DNA of 64,000 nt from Octopus bimaculoides (GCF_001194135.2 NC_068987.1:31910539-31974538); one strand, 5' to 3'. Positions 1 through 13,793 are shown, counted from the stretch's first letter. Numbers and translations: made by a program. Notes: generated from the sequence alone by a model not told the origin.

Positions 1-477
1 AAGTTGTCGAAACTGGTTTGGTATTTGAATAAATCTATTATCAAATTTAAACACGACTACACGTTTTGAGATCCATGTGCATTTTCAAACCCCCATAACA
101 AATTCTCTTATATATTTTCCTGCGTGGGAATACACTTCATTTCTCTCCACGCACACACACAGACACCGCTCCCCCCACACACATATAGTATAATTCGGGA
201 AAAAAAACCTGTAACCTGCATTCAAGAACTCCGACACCATTATTTGGCTACTACATGTTACTCTCCAGCAAGGTATTTGGCAGGGTAGGATACACATGTG
301 GAACTCCTATTAGTGTAGGATTAATATAAGAATAGTATAACCCGAGAATGGAAAATACCAGGTTTTAATAGCAAATCACAACATTTGTTTGTGCACCGGA
401 CACCAGCTTTGAGTTACTAAGTTTACATTTATACAAGATTATTCTTCATAATTACTTTTTTACTTTTTTCTTTTCAC

Positions 478-709
478 TTTTTTAACTTTTCAGTCATTTG
501 ACTGCGGCCATGCTGGAGCAACGCTTTTATTAGAACAAATCGACCCCAAGACTTATTCTTTGTAAGCCTAGTACTTATTCTATCGGTCTCTTCTGCTGAA
601 CAGCTAAGTTTCGGGTACATAGACACACCAACATCGGTTGTCAAGTGATGGTGCGGGGACAAGCACAGACACAGACACAAACACATAAATATATATACAT
701 ACATATATG

Positions 710-774
<65 letters not shown>

Positions 775-940
775 ACACACGACGGGCTTCTGTCAGTTTC
801 TCTCTACCAAATCCACTCACAAGGCTTTCATTGGCCCAATGAAAATAGAAGACACTTACCCAAACTATCACGCAGTGAGTCTGAACCCGGAATCTTGTGG
901 TTGGGAAGCAAGCTTCTTTCCACCCAGCCACACTTGCACC
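478..940 (-). mobile_element. SINE family B (GTGGCTGTGTGGTAAGAAGCTTGCTT.. head, CORE-like GGCACCTTGGGCAAGTGTC, central (CA/TA)n, ~450 bp)
   Basis: Near full-length copy. Other copies (approximate): 4583-5003 +, 7382-7760 + (interrupted), 10735-10850 -, 17470-17745 -, 18822-19155 +, 31155-31530 -, 44845-45300 -, 63765-63930 -. Confidence 0.85.
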
Positions 941-1587
941 TACTACTATATAACTGAATATTTTTCAGCAGCAGTTATGTGTGGACGGTTCATCAGGTCG
1001 AATGCGATCGAACACTGGCGGATTTCTCTGAATTTACTCAGACGTTGCTGGAAAATATTCAATTATATAGTTACGATAAAGGATAATCTTGTAAAATGGT
1101 ATATGAACTTAAACACAGCAACTTAAAGCTGGTGTCCGGTGCAGAAACAAATATTGATTTGCAATGAAATCCTGGTATCTTTCACCTTATGTGTTTTTCA
1201 TATATATATCATAAGCCATGATAGATCGCTAACCACTACACATTCTTTTTTTTCTCTCCGTGTTTCTCTCCTTGTTTCTTTCTGTGTTCCTTTCTGTGGA
1301 AGAGCGTAGACTCGAAACGTTAAAGACGTTTTCACTTCCCAAGCGTGATACTAATACATCTGCTTGTTTTCTACACGACCTGTCTTCGTCTTTTGGGGGT
1401 TTTTTTGTGAATTCTCCCTATATATATGTAAGTGTGTGTGTGTGTGTGTGTATAATGCAAAAACTAATTTCTGTGTGTCCGTGTGTCACACTTAGACCCC
1501 CTCTCTCACTATTCAATTACACTCCTACTATTCCTCATGATGGGGTGAGAGTAATTGTAGGCATAGAGACGGTGAGGGCGGTGGCGA

Positions 1588-1628
<41 letters not shown>

Positions 1629-2102
1629 GAGAGAAGGACAGAAAGAGACAGAAATTTAGGGAGAGTTGATGATGTTTTATTAAAAGTAGTAGTGTTGATG
1701 GTGGCAGTGGGAGTAATGATAAAAGAGAGAGAGAGAAAGAGCGGGTATGTGAGAGAAAGATGGACTGAACACTGAAGTAACATGCTGAATAACATACTGA
1801 ACGAACACACACAGTTAGCCTTTTTGTGATGGTAATGGAATGATAGCAATAGTATGAGCTGTAGTTGTGATAGAGGCGGAGGCGGCGGTGATGATAGTGG
1901 TGGTGGTGGTGGTGGTGGTGGTGGTCGGGAATGACGGTAAGAGTAAGCGATGTGAAAGACAGTGGGGATGGTGGTGGAGGGGAAGGCGGCGAAATCAAAA
2001 GTATTGATGGTGGTGGCGTCAGAAGTCTGAATGGTATGTGTATGGCAGTTGTGGTGGCGATGGTGGTGGTATTGGTGATGGTGATGATTGAAAACAATCA
2101 AC

Positions 2103-2153
<51 letters not shown>

Positions 2154-2395
2154 TAGGAAAAAATTGCAATGACCCCCGAATGGGAGGACAAAAGATGTTG
2201 TTTATCATGCAGCTTTGCAATAAGTTCCAAGTCGAGAAATTATATCATTGTTGCGATGAAAATTGTTCATTGCTTGAAAAATATTCTTCAAGTTTAATAA
2301 AATTTAATATGTACTCAATGCATGAAGTGTCATTGTTGGGCCCAAAGCCCAATGAAGAGCCATCCACAGGAGTTAGCTTAAAAGACACCCGATAG

Positions 2396-2959
2396 GGCTA
2401 GTAATATAATAAATGTGAATATCAGTGTGTCAGTGTGTCACGATTTTTCAACTTTACTCCTAGTGGCTGTAGCCGAACATGGCATACCATTTTGGAATCA
2501 AGCTGACTCCGTGAGTAAATTAAAAACATTCCAGGACGAACCCGGACCCACAATCCTGAAATTTTGGATTCTGAAGTTTTCACTACTGTGATTGTTTTCG
2601 GCGATTTTTTTTACGTGACTTTTGCAACAAATTTTTTGTACGATAACAATTTTTATAATCTAAAGGCTAACTCCGTGACTATATCAAAAACATTCCAGGC
2701 CGAGTACGGACCTGTAATCCTAAAATTTTGGATTCCTATGTTTTCATTACTGCGATTATTTTCGGCGAATTTTTTTTTTACATGATTTTTTTTGCGGCGA
2801 ATATGATCATCATTGGGATATGACTTTGGAGGAAGCAACTGCAACAAATTCTCCAAAACAAGGCAGAGATCTGTTTGCAGATCTTCCCATTCAGAGTCAG
2901 TTGCTTAAAAGTTATATACTAGCTTAAAAGCCGCCCGATAATGCGGCTTTTAAGCTAGT
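2396..2959 (+). mobile_element. Non-autonomous Helitron-like element with an internal ~165-bp tandem duplication
   Basis: Starts AATATATAAATGTGAATATCAGTGTGTCAGTGTGTC. Two copies of ACTCCGTGA..AAAAACATTCCAGG..AAAATTTTGGATTC..TTTTCGGCGA (about 2506 and 2671). Ends in a GC hairpin plus CTAG|T. Confidence 0.5.
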
Positions 2960-2973
2960 GTATACATACATAG

Positions 2974-3082
<109 letters not shown>

Positions 3083-3785
3083 CCTTCATTAAAGATTAAC
3101 TCTTATGAGTATTCTTGTAATTTTAAATCTTTGTTCTTCTATTCTGATATCGATCTTGAAAATTTCAATTACATTTTTTGAGCTAGTTAACCTTTTCTGC
3201 CATATTCTCATCCCAAGTTTTTGTTCAAAACTTGGCAGGAAATAATGAATAACAACAACGACGACAGCAACAACAACAACAACAATATTGATAATAATAG
3301 TAATAATTTCTTTTAATTGCCTCAGAGGTGTCAGCCCAAGGAGTCATTACAAAACTGGCTATAATTTGTGTAACGGGAAACAGTATACGGGTTAACGAGA
3401 TAAAATGTATATATAGTATACAAAATATGTGAAAATATGAACAATGCAGTCCCCTTCATAAAAAGCGAGCATCCATCTACACCCAACTAGAGCCACTCAA
3501 AACCCCCACAGAACTCTGATCATCCTGACCATCGAAAGCATGAGTCCTTGTCCAATTGTTGCTCTCTAATATACAGTCATATACTTAAAGTAGGTAGAGT
3601 TACCTTCTCGAGTTATACCGGGACGGTTTCCCGATTTCATGGCATATGTATTCTCCACTTGAACGGGAGCCGGTCCGTCTCAGATTACTCATTTTTGCCA
3701 GCTGAGTGAACTGGAGCAACGTGAAATCAAGTGCTTTGCTCCAGAACACAACGCTGCACCTGCTCCAGCTATCAAAACCACACTC

Positions 3786-4500
3786 TTACAATCATTAGTC
3801 CAACATCCTAACCACTAAGCCACGCGTCTCCATACAATAGTTCCGTTCACTCTAACCATTTTGCCAGTCACCTGCCTTTTGGAAAATTCACTGGTAAAGA
3901 GCACTTCCTTCTCCATCCTCTCTTTCATCCCAATTGGAACTTGAAGCAGAAAGTCTATGCTCTTTTCTCTCGGCCTCACCCACCGCACAACTTCCTTCAC
4001 CATAGCCAACAAACAAAGAAAAACTACCTGCGTAGCATGCTGGGCTTCACTATGGACTCATCAAATATCTGCATTCGTCCTCTGTTCGACAACAGCTGCT
4101 TAACGTAACACCACAAGTCATCAATGATCTGACTTTACATGCTCTGTCTGCGTCTCGGACAACTTCGCCTGGTGACTCTGCATGTAAAGTTTATCACCAA
4201 CCGGTAGTTCCCCTTTGTAACACCGCTTCACCAAGAATGTCTGGAGGTAATCCACACTAGTATTTGTCCCTGGAATCTTTCAAAACATGTTGTCTTCGTT
4301 GACACTGGAGTATTTCTGAAGAAGTCATCTAAGACTCAATTTTTCTATATTGCTAAAGCAAAACCCCTACTGACAGCAATTTCCAACTAGTAGAAAGCGG
4401 CGTGCACTTGACACTTAGGTGATAAACTATGACAGAGGCAGTGTAGACATTCGCCAGCTTATCTCGACTTTCAGGGATAGCTTTCTCTCAGCTCATTTCT
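3786..4500 (-). mobile_element. Tx1/L1-clade LINE ORF2 3' fragment
   Basis: ERKLSLKV.., CYKGELPVGDKLY, and MVKEVVRWVR..MEKEVLFTSEFSKR, which resemble the Tx1 C-terminal region. Degenerate. Confidence 0.65.
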
Positions 4501-4737
4501 GTGTACGGCTGACTATGCTGTTTGTAATCTCATCCCAGTTCCTGTCCAACTGCATGCTCGGATCGAACTAGATCCCGAGAGGCTGAGTGATAAGAAACTT
4601 GCTACACAACTACATGGTTCCGGGTTTAGTCCCACTGCATGACATCTTAAGCAAGTGTCTTCTGCTGTATCCTCGGGCCGACCAAAGCCTTGTGAATGGA
4701 TTTGGTAGACGGAAACTGAAAGAATCCCGTCGTATAA

Positions 4738-4799
<62 letters not shown>

Positions 4800-5775
4800 G
4801 ACTGTATGTCTGTATATCTATGTATGTGCGTCTTTCTGTCTGTGTTTGTCCCCCATTGCCGTAACGTAGCGGTTCGGCAAAAGTTTCCGATAGAATAAGT
4901 ACCGGGCTTAAAAAAGAAGTACTGGGGTCGATTCATTCGACTAAAAATTCAAGGCAGTGTCCCAGCATCACCGCAGTCTAATGAGTGAAATAAGTAAGAG
5001 ATTATAGATATATTCATGTAATAATGAATGGTAAGAAGATTAGAAAGCTATAAAAATACAATAGTTGTGGTTTAATAACTGCTAAAGAATTTGCAGAAAT
5101 TTGAAAATATCTGTAATTTTTTTCTAAGAGTGCTAGGGAAATAACGAAAACTGCCAGTCTTACATTTTTCAATACTTTCATTGCCATACAGAAAGTGAGC
5201 ATCTGTTTTTAAGTACGCGGTGGGATGTAGAGAGTACGTTTTGAAGGTCACTTTTGTATGTTATATTGCCGATGTTCGTATTGATCTCTGACGGAATCGT
5301 AAGAGAATCGCAGAGAAAAATATTATGATCAAATCGTAAGGAAATGCAATAGAAATGATGAAGATACTAGAGACGATAGACATGAGAAAGAAAGGAAGAA
5401 TAGTTGATGCCTGATAGAAACAAAAACTGAAGATGCAACGTGTGGGTGGGCGAGAAGAGAATCGGCTGTTTATTTAGAATTGGAAGTTTCTCGGCTTAAC
5501 GTTACTACCATCCAGTGCTAGATGTAATTGAAAGATCATTGATAAATCAATATTTTTTCTGTGTAAAGAACTTAATGACAGGAAAGTAAACAAAACTGTT
5601 CTCTCTTACAGACGATCAAACACGTGTCCGGCAAGGAGCGTAGGGAGAAGTGAAATTAGGGCAGCTCAAATTATTATTGTTCTTGTTATCATCATCATCA
5701 TCATCATCATCATCACCATCATCATCACCATCATCATCATCATCATCATTATTATTATTATTATTATTATTATTA

Positions 5776-6225
5776 GGCTGCGAACTGGTAGATTCGTTAG
5801 CACGCCGGCCAAAATACTTTATGGCATTTCGTCCGTCATTACGGTCAGAGCTCAAATTCCGTCGAGGTCGACTTTGTTTTTCATCCTTTCTAGGTCTATA
5901 AAATAAGTACCAGTTGAACACTGGTGTCGATGTGATCGACTTATCCCATCCCCTAATTTGCTGGCCTTGTGCCAAAATTTGAAAGCATTATTATTATTAT
6001 TATTAATTAGCTTTATTATTATTATTATTAGGCGGCGACCTGGCAGAATCATTAGCATGCCGGACAAAATGTTTAGCATCATTTCGTCTGCGTTTACATA
6101 CTGAGTTCAAATTCCACCTAGATCGACTTTGCCTTTCCTTTTTTTGTGGGGGAACGATAGAATAAGTATCAGTGAAGTACCAGATTCCATGTAATCTGCT
6201 GAACCTGTGCCAAAATTTGAAACCA
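5776..6225 (+). mobile_element. Two tandem copies of SINE family A (GGCGAGCTGGCAGAATCGTTAGC.. head, ~210 bp)
   Basis: Shared consensus head..GAGTTCAAATTCCGCCGAGGTCGACTTTGCCTTTCATCCTTTCGGGGTCGATAAAATAAGTACCAG..GCCTTGTGCCAAAATTTGAAA. Other copies (approximate): 7422-7687 +, 8013-8213 +, 9253-9405 +, 13797-14005 +, 14820-15028 -, 21150-21480 +, 27570-27860 - (two), 28247-28475 -, 30957-31140 +, 45871-46075, 56040-56250 -, 60146-60358 +. Confidence 0.85.
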
Positions 6226-6289
6226 TTATTATTATTATTGAAATTCTTTTTGGTCTCAAATTTCTGCCAGCTGGCATTATTATTATTAT

Positions 6290-6835
6290 TGAGTGAGAGA
6301 GCAGTACATGCTATCATAGTGACACTGGGGTACATATATACGAAACCCAATAAACCCATCATGACTGCATATCCGATAAGGGTACACTAGGCACATGCAT
6401 CACAACCATATGTGCGCGACACGGTGATCTCATATCAAGATAAACAGCGTATGACCTTGCAGGTGGGGCCCAGTTAGAATTTTCTTCAGGTTGAGTGGCC
6501 CATACCGCTCAAGAGGTCCCTGAATAATGTTTGTTTAAGGATGATGAGCGAAATACCCATGTTTCCAGAGGTGGATTATTCAAACCCCAAAGAATTCTTC
6601 TCAACATATTGCTATGATGTTTCCCCCACTACTACTGCTCGTGATCAGATACACATATCGTCAGCATGCTCAACTGGTTAAGGTAAAACAACTGACGAGA
6701 AAATCTGTGGTATTGAGCAGAATATTTGATGTAGCCCATCTTATATATCAAGGCAAAACAATGTACATGATAACACTTCCAATCAATTAAGATCAAAGCC
6801 ATTGTTGGCTCTCGAGTCATTACTGCAAAAGTTAG
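6290..6835 (-). repeat. Unclassified ~550-bp interspersed repeat with a (TAA)n tail
   Basis: 6700-6830 is the reverse complement of the pieces at 39866-39953 and 40242-40290 (..TCTTGGTATAAAAGATGGGCT..AAATATTCTGCTCAATACCACAGATTT), so the repeat is dispersed. Confidence 0.65.
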
Positions 6836-6879
6836 GAGTAAACAGTTTGAGTTAGAGTACTGGAAAGATTTGTCGGCAA

Positions 6880-6980
6880 ATGTCTTCGTAATGATATCGG
6901 GCAACACAGAGGTGGAGGTAGTTCGAACCATTCTGAAGGAATACGAAGCGATAACAGGAGTAAAGATAAATCTGGGCTAG
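6880..6980 (+). mobile_element. Short Tx1/L1 RT fragment
   Basis: SANVFVMISGNTEVEVVRTILKEYEAITGVKINL resembles the AYADDV..LKEYEAVTGAKIN part of the RT. Confidence 0.55.
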
Positions 6981-7052
6981 TCTGAAGACACACGCACAAA
7001 ACACAAATACTAAACACATAAACACGTACACACACGCGCGCACACACGCGCG

Positions 7053-7111
<59 letters not shown>

Positions 7112-9994
7112 TCAAATAGAGACGCAAACGCATGAGCAGATGACGATGCACGCATAGAAAGACAGAATGGATTAAACAGAACAGGAGGAGACACGTGACC
7201 AAGAGGAGAGTCGTTGAAGAGGTCAGAGGATGTGTGACGAAAGATTTGAGGCAAAGGATACTGAAATAAGGATGATAATGAAGCTGAAATGAAGAACAAG
7301 TATATAGTGCCTGCGGATAATTAGCAACAAAAAAAAAAATGACCATCCCCAAATATGAGTGTGTAAGTGTGTGTGTGTTATAGGCGCAAGCATTGCTGTG
7401 TGGTAAGAAGGTTGCTTTCCAGGCGAGCTGGCAGAAACGTTAGCACGTAGAAACGTAACGCGTCGAGCTGGCAGAAACGTTAGCACGCCGGACGAAATGC
7501 GTAGCGGTATTTCATCTGCCGTTACGTTCTAAGTTCAAATTCCGCCGAGGTTGACTTTGCCTTTCATCCTTTCGGGGTCGATAAATTAAGTACCAGTTAC
7601 GCACTGGGGTCGATATAATCGACTTAACCCGTTTGTCTGTCCTTGTTTGTTCCCTCTATGTTTAGCCCCTTGTGGGCAATAAAGAAATAAGAAGCTTGCT
7701 TTCCAGCGATATGGTCTTAGGTCGAGTCCCACTGTGCGGCACTATTGGCTTTGTGCCAACCAAAGCTTTGTGAATTGATCTCTTAAATGCAAATTGAAAG
7801 AAAAGTGTGTTATACATGTATGTGTGTGTTCTATAATAGAAGACATTTGTATAAAGAGCCATTCAATGGGAATGAACGAGAAACTATGTATTTGCAAAGT
7901 AAACACACTTACACCCATATCTATATGTATTTAGTCTCACTCTGTAATTTGACTCAAGAACCTTTTCAGGCACTTCGCATAAGAAGTGACCTGATTGGTT
8001 TCAAACTGACAGAATCAGTAACGTGATGGGCTAAATGCTTAACAGCATTTCTTTTGGTGCTTTACGCTCTGAGTTCAAATACCGCCGAGGCTAGCTTTGT
8101 ATTTCATCCTTTTGGGGGTCGATAGAGTAAGGTACTAGTCAAGTACTGTTGTCGATATAATCAACTAACTCCTTTCCCCTAAAATTGCTGGCGTTGGGGC
8201 AAATTTTGAAACAATTATTATTTAACACTTCGATAGGACGCCAGAAAAATACTTTTCGTATTTCTTCCGGCTCTTTATGTGTCCGGGTTCATATTCCGAT
8301 ATGGGTAACTTTGCTTTCCATGCCCCTAAAATCGACAAAGTACATAAAGTTGGGTTGATGTAATCAGCTGTTTTCCTCCCTTACAATTTTTTGTCCTTGC
8401 GTCTTTGTTAGAAACAATCATTAAGAGTAGTGATTTAGTAGAATTTTTAGCGCATCGGACAAAAGCTAGTCGGTATTTTTTCTGGTCCTTTGCATTCTGA
8501 ATTAAAATCATTCCAGTTTTGCTCCTCATCCCTCTGATGTCAATAATATAGTATAACGATTAAGTATTGAAGTCAATGTAGTCGACCGACTAAACTCCTT
8601 ATCGCATATTTCAAGTCTTGTTCCTATATTAGAAATAATTATTTATTAAGCAAAGTAACTACTTAGAAAATTTCTATAAGAGATGAAAGAAGTAACTATT
8701 CTGAGAAGTAATGTTTGTCACCACTTCAACATGGCTGTTCCGTACGAACCGGCGTTACTACTATTTTTAACCCCAAAAGGACGCCTCCTCTGCTATTTAT
8801 TATACTGGTCTGCATTTGGGATTTTTTTTAAATTTAAATTTTTTGGATGTGATTTTTCATATTGTTGGGTTGCTGATTTTAAATATCTAAACCATTTTGC
8901 TTCATCGCATAAGGATTTTCAATAAAATACAAATTAATGATAAAAAAAAATATGAATTTTTAATAAATTGTTACTTTATTAAAATGAAGCAAGTAATCAT
9001 AGAAAAGCATATTCTGTTTGTTTTAAGAATATATGTATTCCAAATCAACATGAAATGAATCATGTTCATCATGAAATGAATCATGAACCAACATAAAATC
9101 AAATGAATGTAACAAAAATATGCTCCTAATGATTAGCCTACATATTGATTCAAAGGAAGGAGGACCACTTTGAATTCTGCTTGTGCTATGCATCCGAACC
9201 AACACCACGTTTCAATGACCAACAGTAATCCGCCATCATGCTGATATTCCATNNNNNNNNNNGTTCAAATTCCGCCGAGGTCGACTTTGCCTTTCATCCC
9301 TTTCGGGGACGATAAAACAAGTACCAGTCGAACACTGGGGTCGATGTAATCGACTTACCACCTCCCCCGGAATTGCTGGCCTTGTGCCAAGATTTGAAGC
9401 CAATATTTGGGCACACTTTCTCCCTTCAGAAACTATCAATAGACGTTAATATATTAAAGTGCTAACAATTTGTGACTGACACATTTACATAATGATAAAT
9501 GTTTGACGACTGATAGTCGATAATTCTTACAGTGACATCAATACAGTGTGAGCTATGAATAAATATGTATATGCACTGATACCTCTATTTAGTATCCTAA
9601 TGAAATTAGATCCACAAACCATTAACTATTAAGTAAAGCTGTGTCAGTCACAGAGTGTGCTTATATTTGAATAAGTAACCTCCAGTTACTATCTTTTGTA
9701 ATTCTGAATTAGACACGCAAAAGCAGTGTTATGAATTAAACACACCCTTTCAGGGTTGTCATTATTGGTTTGTTTGAAATGCATTCATCGGTCCACTAAG
9801 ACGCCCTGAAATGATTGTTGGTCTTTAACGTCTGTTTCCTAAAGTGAGAATTTTCTACACAGCAAACCGCCGTGAAAATGATCTTTTTACAGGTCAATTG
9901 AGTCTCAAGATTATTTGAACAGATCTAAAGGTTGGATCTTTGGTGGTTAGGGAGAAAATAGGAACGAGAGGAACAGATCAGGAGAGAGAGATGG

Positions 9995-10222
9995 TGTGAC
10001 TATTGTTGTTCTTGGCACTCCATCGCTTACGACGTCGAGGGTTCCAGTTGATCCGATCAACAGAACAGCCTGCGCGTGAAATTAACGTGCAAGTGGCTGA
10101 GCACTCCACAGACACGTGTACCCTTAACGTAGTTCTCGGGGATATTCAGCGTGACACAGTGTGACAAGGCTGACCCTTTGAATTACAGGCACAACAGAAA
10201 CAGGAAGTAAGAATGAGAGAAG
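9995..10222 (-). mobile_element. 3' part of another SINE family
   Basis: GC-rich non-coding block (GGAGTGCTCAGCCACTTGCACGTTAATTTCACG..GATCAACTGGAACCCTCG on the minus strand) next to a tRNA-like head at 10228-10275. Family not assigned. Confidence 0.45.
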
Positions 10223-12288
10223 GTTCACCATCCTGTGACCGCGAGACCACTGCCCCAACCACTGGGCCATTGCACCTCCAAGGTGTGACTATTGATGAGG
10301 TATTAATTAGCGCACCCTGTCCGGTTTTTGTGACTAAAAAGGAGATAACCAATCCGAAGTGTTTGCATATCACAGCCCGAGTAGGTGGCGCTGCGCTCAG
10401 ATTTTGGGCGTATTTACACCATTTGTGTACTGTGAGGAATTTTCTCCATTATAAAACACAGTGAATAGCTTTCTTACGGGTTCGAATATGTCCCAAACAT
10501 ATTTGAACTGGTAATGACCTTGTAATTAATAATGGTTTTTAGTTTAGGCACAAGGGAAATACTTTTGAGAGAAAGGTTTTCGTGAATGCCATTGACACGA
10601 TTTTACATTATTTCATCTCCGGAGAGATGAAAGGCAAAGTTTACCTCGGTGAGATATGAACTCAGAACGTTTACGGAAGAAATAGAACGAACAATCCACC
10701 ACCACTGAACTAATAATGTTAATTCATAATGAAACTTCTGAATTCCGTCAGTTTCTGACTATCAAATCCACTCGCAAGGCCTTGGTCGGCCTGAGGCAAT
10801 AACTGAAGATACTTGCCCAAGGTGCCACGCAGTGGGACTGAACCTGGATCTAGTTTTTCATTCACAAAATATACATTTTTGAAAAGACTAAAAAATCTGA
10901 AAATCTTCTATAATAATAAAGTTTTCCAGTCTAATTGCTATGAAGGTATGATGTTGTGGGGGAAAAAAATTGGAGGAAAGAGTTAGAGAGTTTTAAAAAT
11001 CGAAAAATTGTTTATTTTTAGCCAATAGCGAAATAGAAATTTTCTGCATTTAGCGGAGCGGTGTCAACTTTAAGGTTGTACCTTGTGAAATTTATAGTTT
11101 AGCGTCTGTGAAATGACCTCTAAATAAACAGAAATACCTAATAAAATCAGCATGTATCATCTTACTGTTTCTTTTCTCTTCATTGATTGTATGTTTTTAT
11201 TACTTTTTTTCAAATTTGTTATATTACAATACTTGTCTGCATGTGTTTACTTTATGCTTATTTCAGCATTATGCATACCTGTCATGAATTTGTGTACATC
11301 ATTAATATATAAGTGCATGTGTGTGTGTGTGTGTGTGATAAGGGGAAGTCCGTCTCCAAAACTTCAATGTTGAGTAACGTTTTCATGTTTGGATTTGTAA
11401 ACTACGATAAGAATAACACTGGTCAACAAAGAATTTCTCCCAAGGAAATGAATACCTGTATCTTATATGTCTTTGAATGCAGAATTCAAAAATAATGTCA
11501 AATTATCTGTACTAAGTTCCCATATTCCATTCACCTTCATAATGCCAAGAAACTATAAACATCGTAAACAACTTTTGCTATATATGAAAAATACGTAAAA
11601 ATTAAGACAATTGACGAAAAATATCTATAATAAAATTCTAATTGATAAATATAAATTTTTATCAAAATTAAACACGCGGGTGAAGTTAATCTCGTGGTGC
11701 GAAGAATCAACACATAGGGCCCTGCTATCTGTTGATTGGCCAAATTCCCAACTTTAATTCCAAATAACATCAGATTCTTTAATTTTTGAGANNNNNNNNN
11801 NNNNNNNNNNNNNNNNNNNNNNNNNNNNNNNNNNNNNNNNNNNNNNNNNNNNNNNNNNNNNNNNNNNNNNNNNNNNNNNNNNNNNNNNNNNNNNNNNNNN
11901 NNNNNNNNNNNNNNNNNNNNNNNNNNNNNNNNNNNNNNNNNNNNNNNNNNNNNNNNNNNNNNNNNNNNNNNNNNNNNNNNNNNNNNNNNNNNNNNNNNNN
12001 NNNNNNNNNNNNNNNNNNNNNNNNNNNNNNNNNNNNNNNNNNNNNNNNNNNNNNNNNNNNNNNNNNNNNNNNNNNNNNNNNNNNNNNNNNNNNNNNNNNN
12101 NNNNNNNNNNNNNNNNNNNNNNNNNNNNNNNNNNNNNNNNNNNNNNNNNNNNNNNNNNNNNNNNNNNNNNNNNNNNNNNNNNNNNNNNNNNNNNNNNNNN
12201 NNNNNNNNNNNNNNNNNNNNNNNNNNNNNNNNNNNNNNNNNNNNNNNNNNNNNNNNNNNNNNNNNNNNNNNNNNNNNNNNNNNNNNNN

Positions 12289-12325
<37 letters not shown>

Positions 12326-13034
12326 CATATATATGGTTAATTATAGATGGCCAGGATTATTTTAAAGTCGGTTAACAACATTATTAGTTTTTTTTAATAA
12401 TATTTTTTCAAAAAGCGAATTTACATAAGACGTAGGAAGCAAAACAACCAAATCGGTTGTATAGCTCAGTGCATCATTGAATATGTCGACGATGTCGACG
12501 ATGATGATGATGATGATGATGATAATGACGACGACATCGATGATAATGATAATGATGATGATGATAATAATAACGGTGACGACACGACGACGATGATAAT
12601 GTTGTTAACGAAAGAGAATAAGTAAAAACAATCCATTATATTATATTAAGCTTTTGCACCCATTCACGTTCAGCTTTAAGAAGCTACTTATATTTTAATT
12701 TCATATTGTTCATTTTGTACAATTATTATCTCAATATAACTTTTATATACAAACAGAATTTACTTAAATATATTAAGAGTCGGGATGTTTTGTTCCGTTT
12801 TATCGTAAATACTATATTTTGATTATATTTTGCATCCATACTCGGTATACATAGCTTTCTTTACTGTTTAGCTTATCCATCATTTTCCCCCTCTTTCTGT
12901 TCTTTTCTCGCAGTCTCTTTCTCTCCCCGCCATCTGCTCTTTTCGCTTCGTCTGTGTCTGACTTCCTTCTTGATATTAAAAGTATGAGTATGTGTATATC
13001 TATCTATCTATATATCTATCTATCTATCTATCTA

Positions 13035-13073
<39 letters not shown>

Positions 13074-13074
13074 C

Positions 13075-13110
<36 letters not shown>

Positions 13111-13754
13111 NNNNNNNNNNNNNNNNNNNNNNNNNNNNNNNNNNNNNNNNNNNNNNNNNNNNNNNNNNNNNNNNNNNNNNNNNNNNNNNNNNNNNNNNNN
13201 NNNNNNNNNNNNNNNNNNNNNNNNNNNNNNNNNNNNNNNNNNNNNNNNNNNNNNNNNNNNNNNNNNNNNNNNNNNNNNNNNNNNNNNNNNNNNNNNNNNN
13301 NNNNNNNNNNNNNNNNNNNNNNNNNNNNNNNNNNNNNNNNNNNNNNNNNNNNNNNNNNNNNNNNNNNNNNNNNNNNNNNNNNNNNNNNNNNNNNNNNNNN
13401 NNNNNNNNNNNNNNNNNNNNNNNNNNNNNNNNNNNNNNNNNNNNNNNNNNNNNNNNNNNNNNNNNNNNNNNNNNNNNNNNNNNNNNNNNNNNNNNNNNNN
13501 NNNNNNNNNNNNNNNNNNNNNNNNNNNNNNNNNNNNNNNNNNNNNNNNNNNNNNNNNNNNNNNNNNNNNNNNNNNNNNNNNNNNNNNNNNNNNNNNNNNN
13601 NNNNNNNNNNNNNNNNNNNNNNNNNNNNNNNNNNNNNNNNNNNNNNNNNNNNNNNNNNNNNNNNNNNNNNNNNNNNNNNNNNNNNNNNNNNNNNNNNNNN
13701 NNNNNNNNNNNNNNNNNNNNNNNNNNNNNNNNNNNNNNNNNNNNNNNNNNNNNN

Positions 13755-13793
<39 letters not shown>

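Noticed and set aside
950-995. CTGATGA..GAAA spacing on the minus strand as another hammerhead
   Set aside because: No convincing stem II or stem I pairing.
1528-2395. Long Pro/His-rich and Gly/Val-rich ORFs
   Set aside because: Made of (GA)n and (GGT)n low-complexity tracts.
10300-10480. TAGCGCACCCTGTCCGG.. segment as a possible DNA-transposon terminus
   Set aside because: No matching opposite end found in the window, so it cannot be supported.
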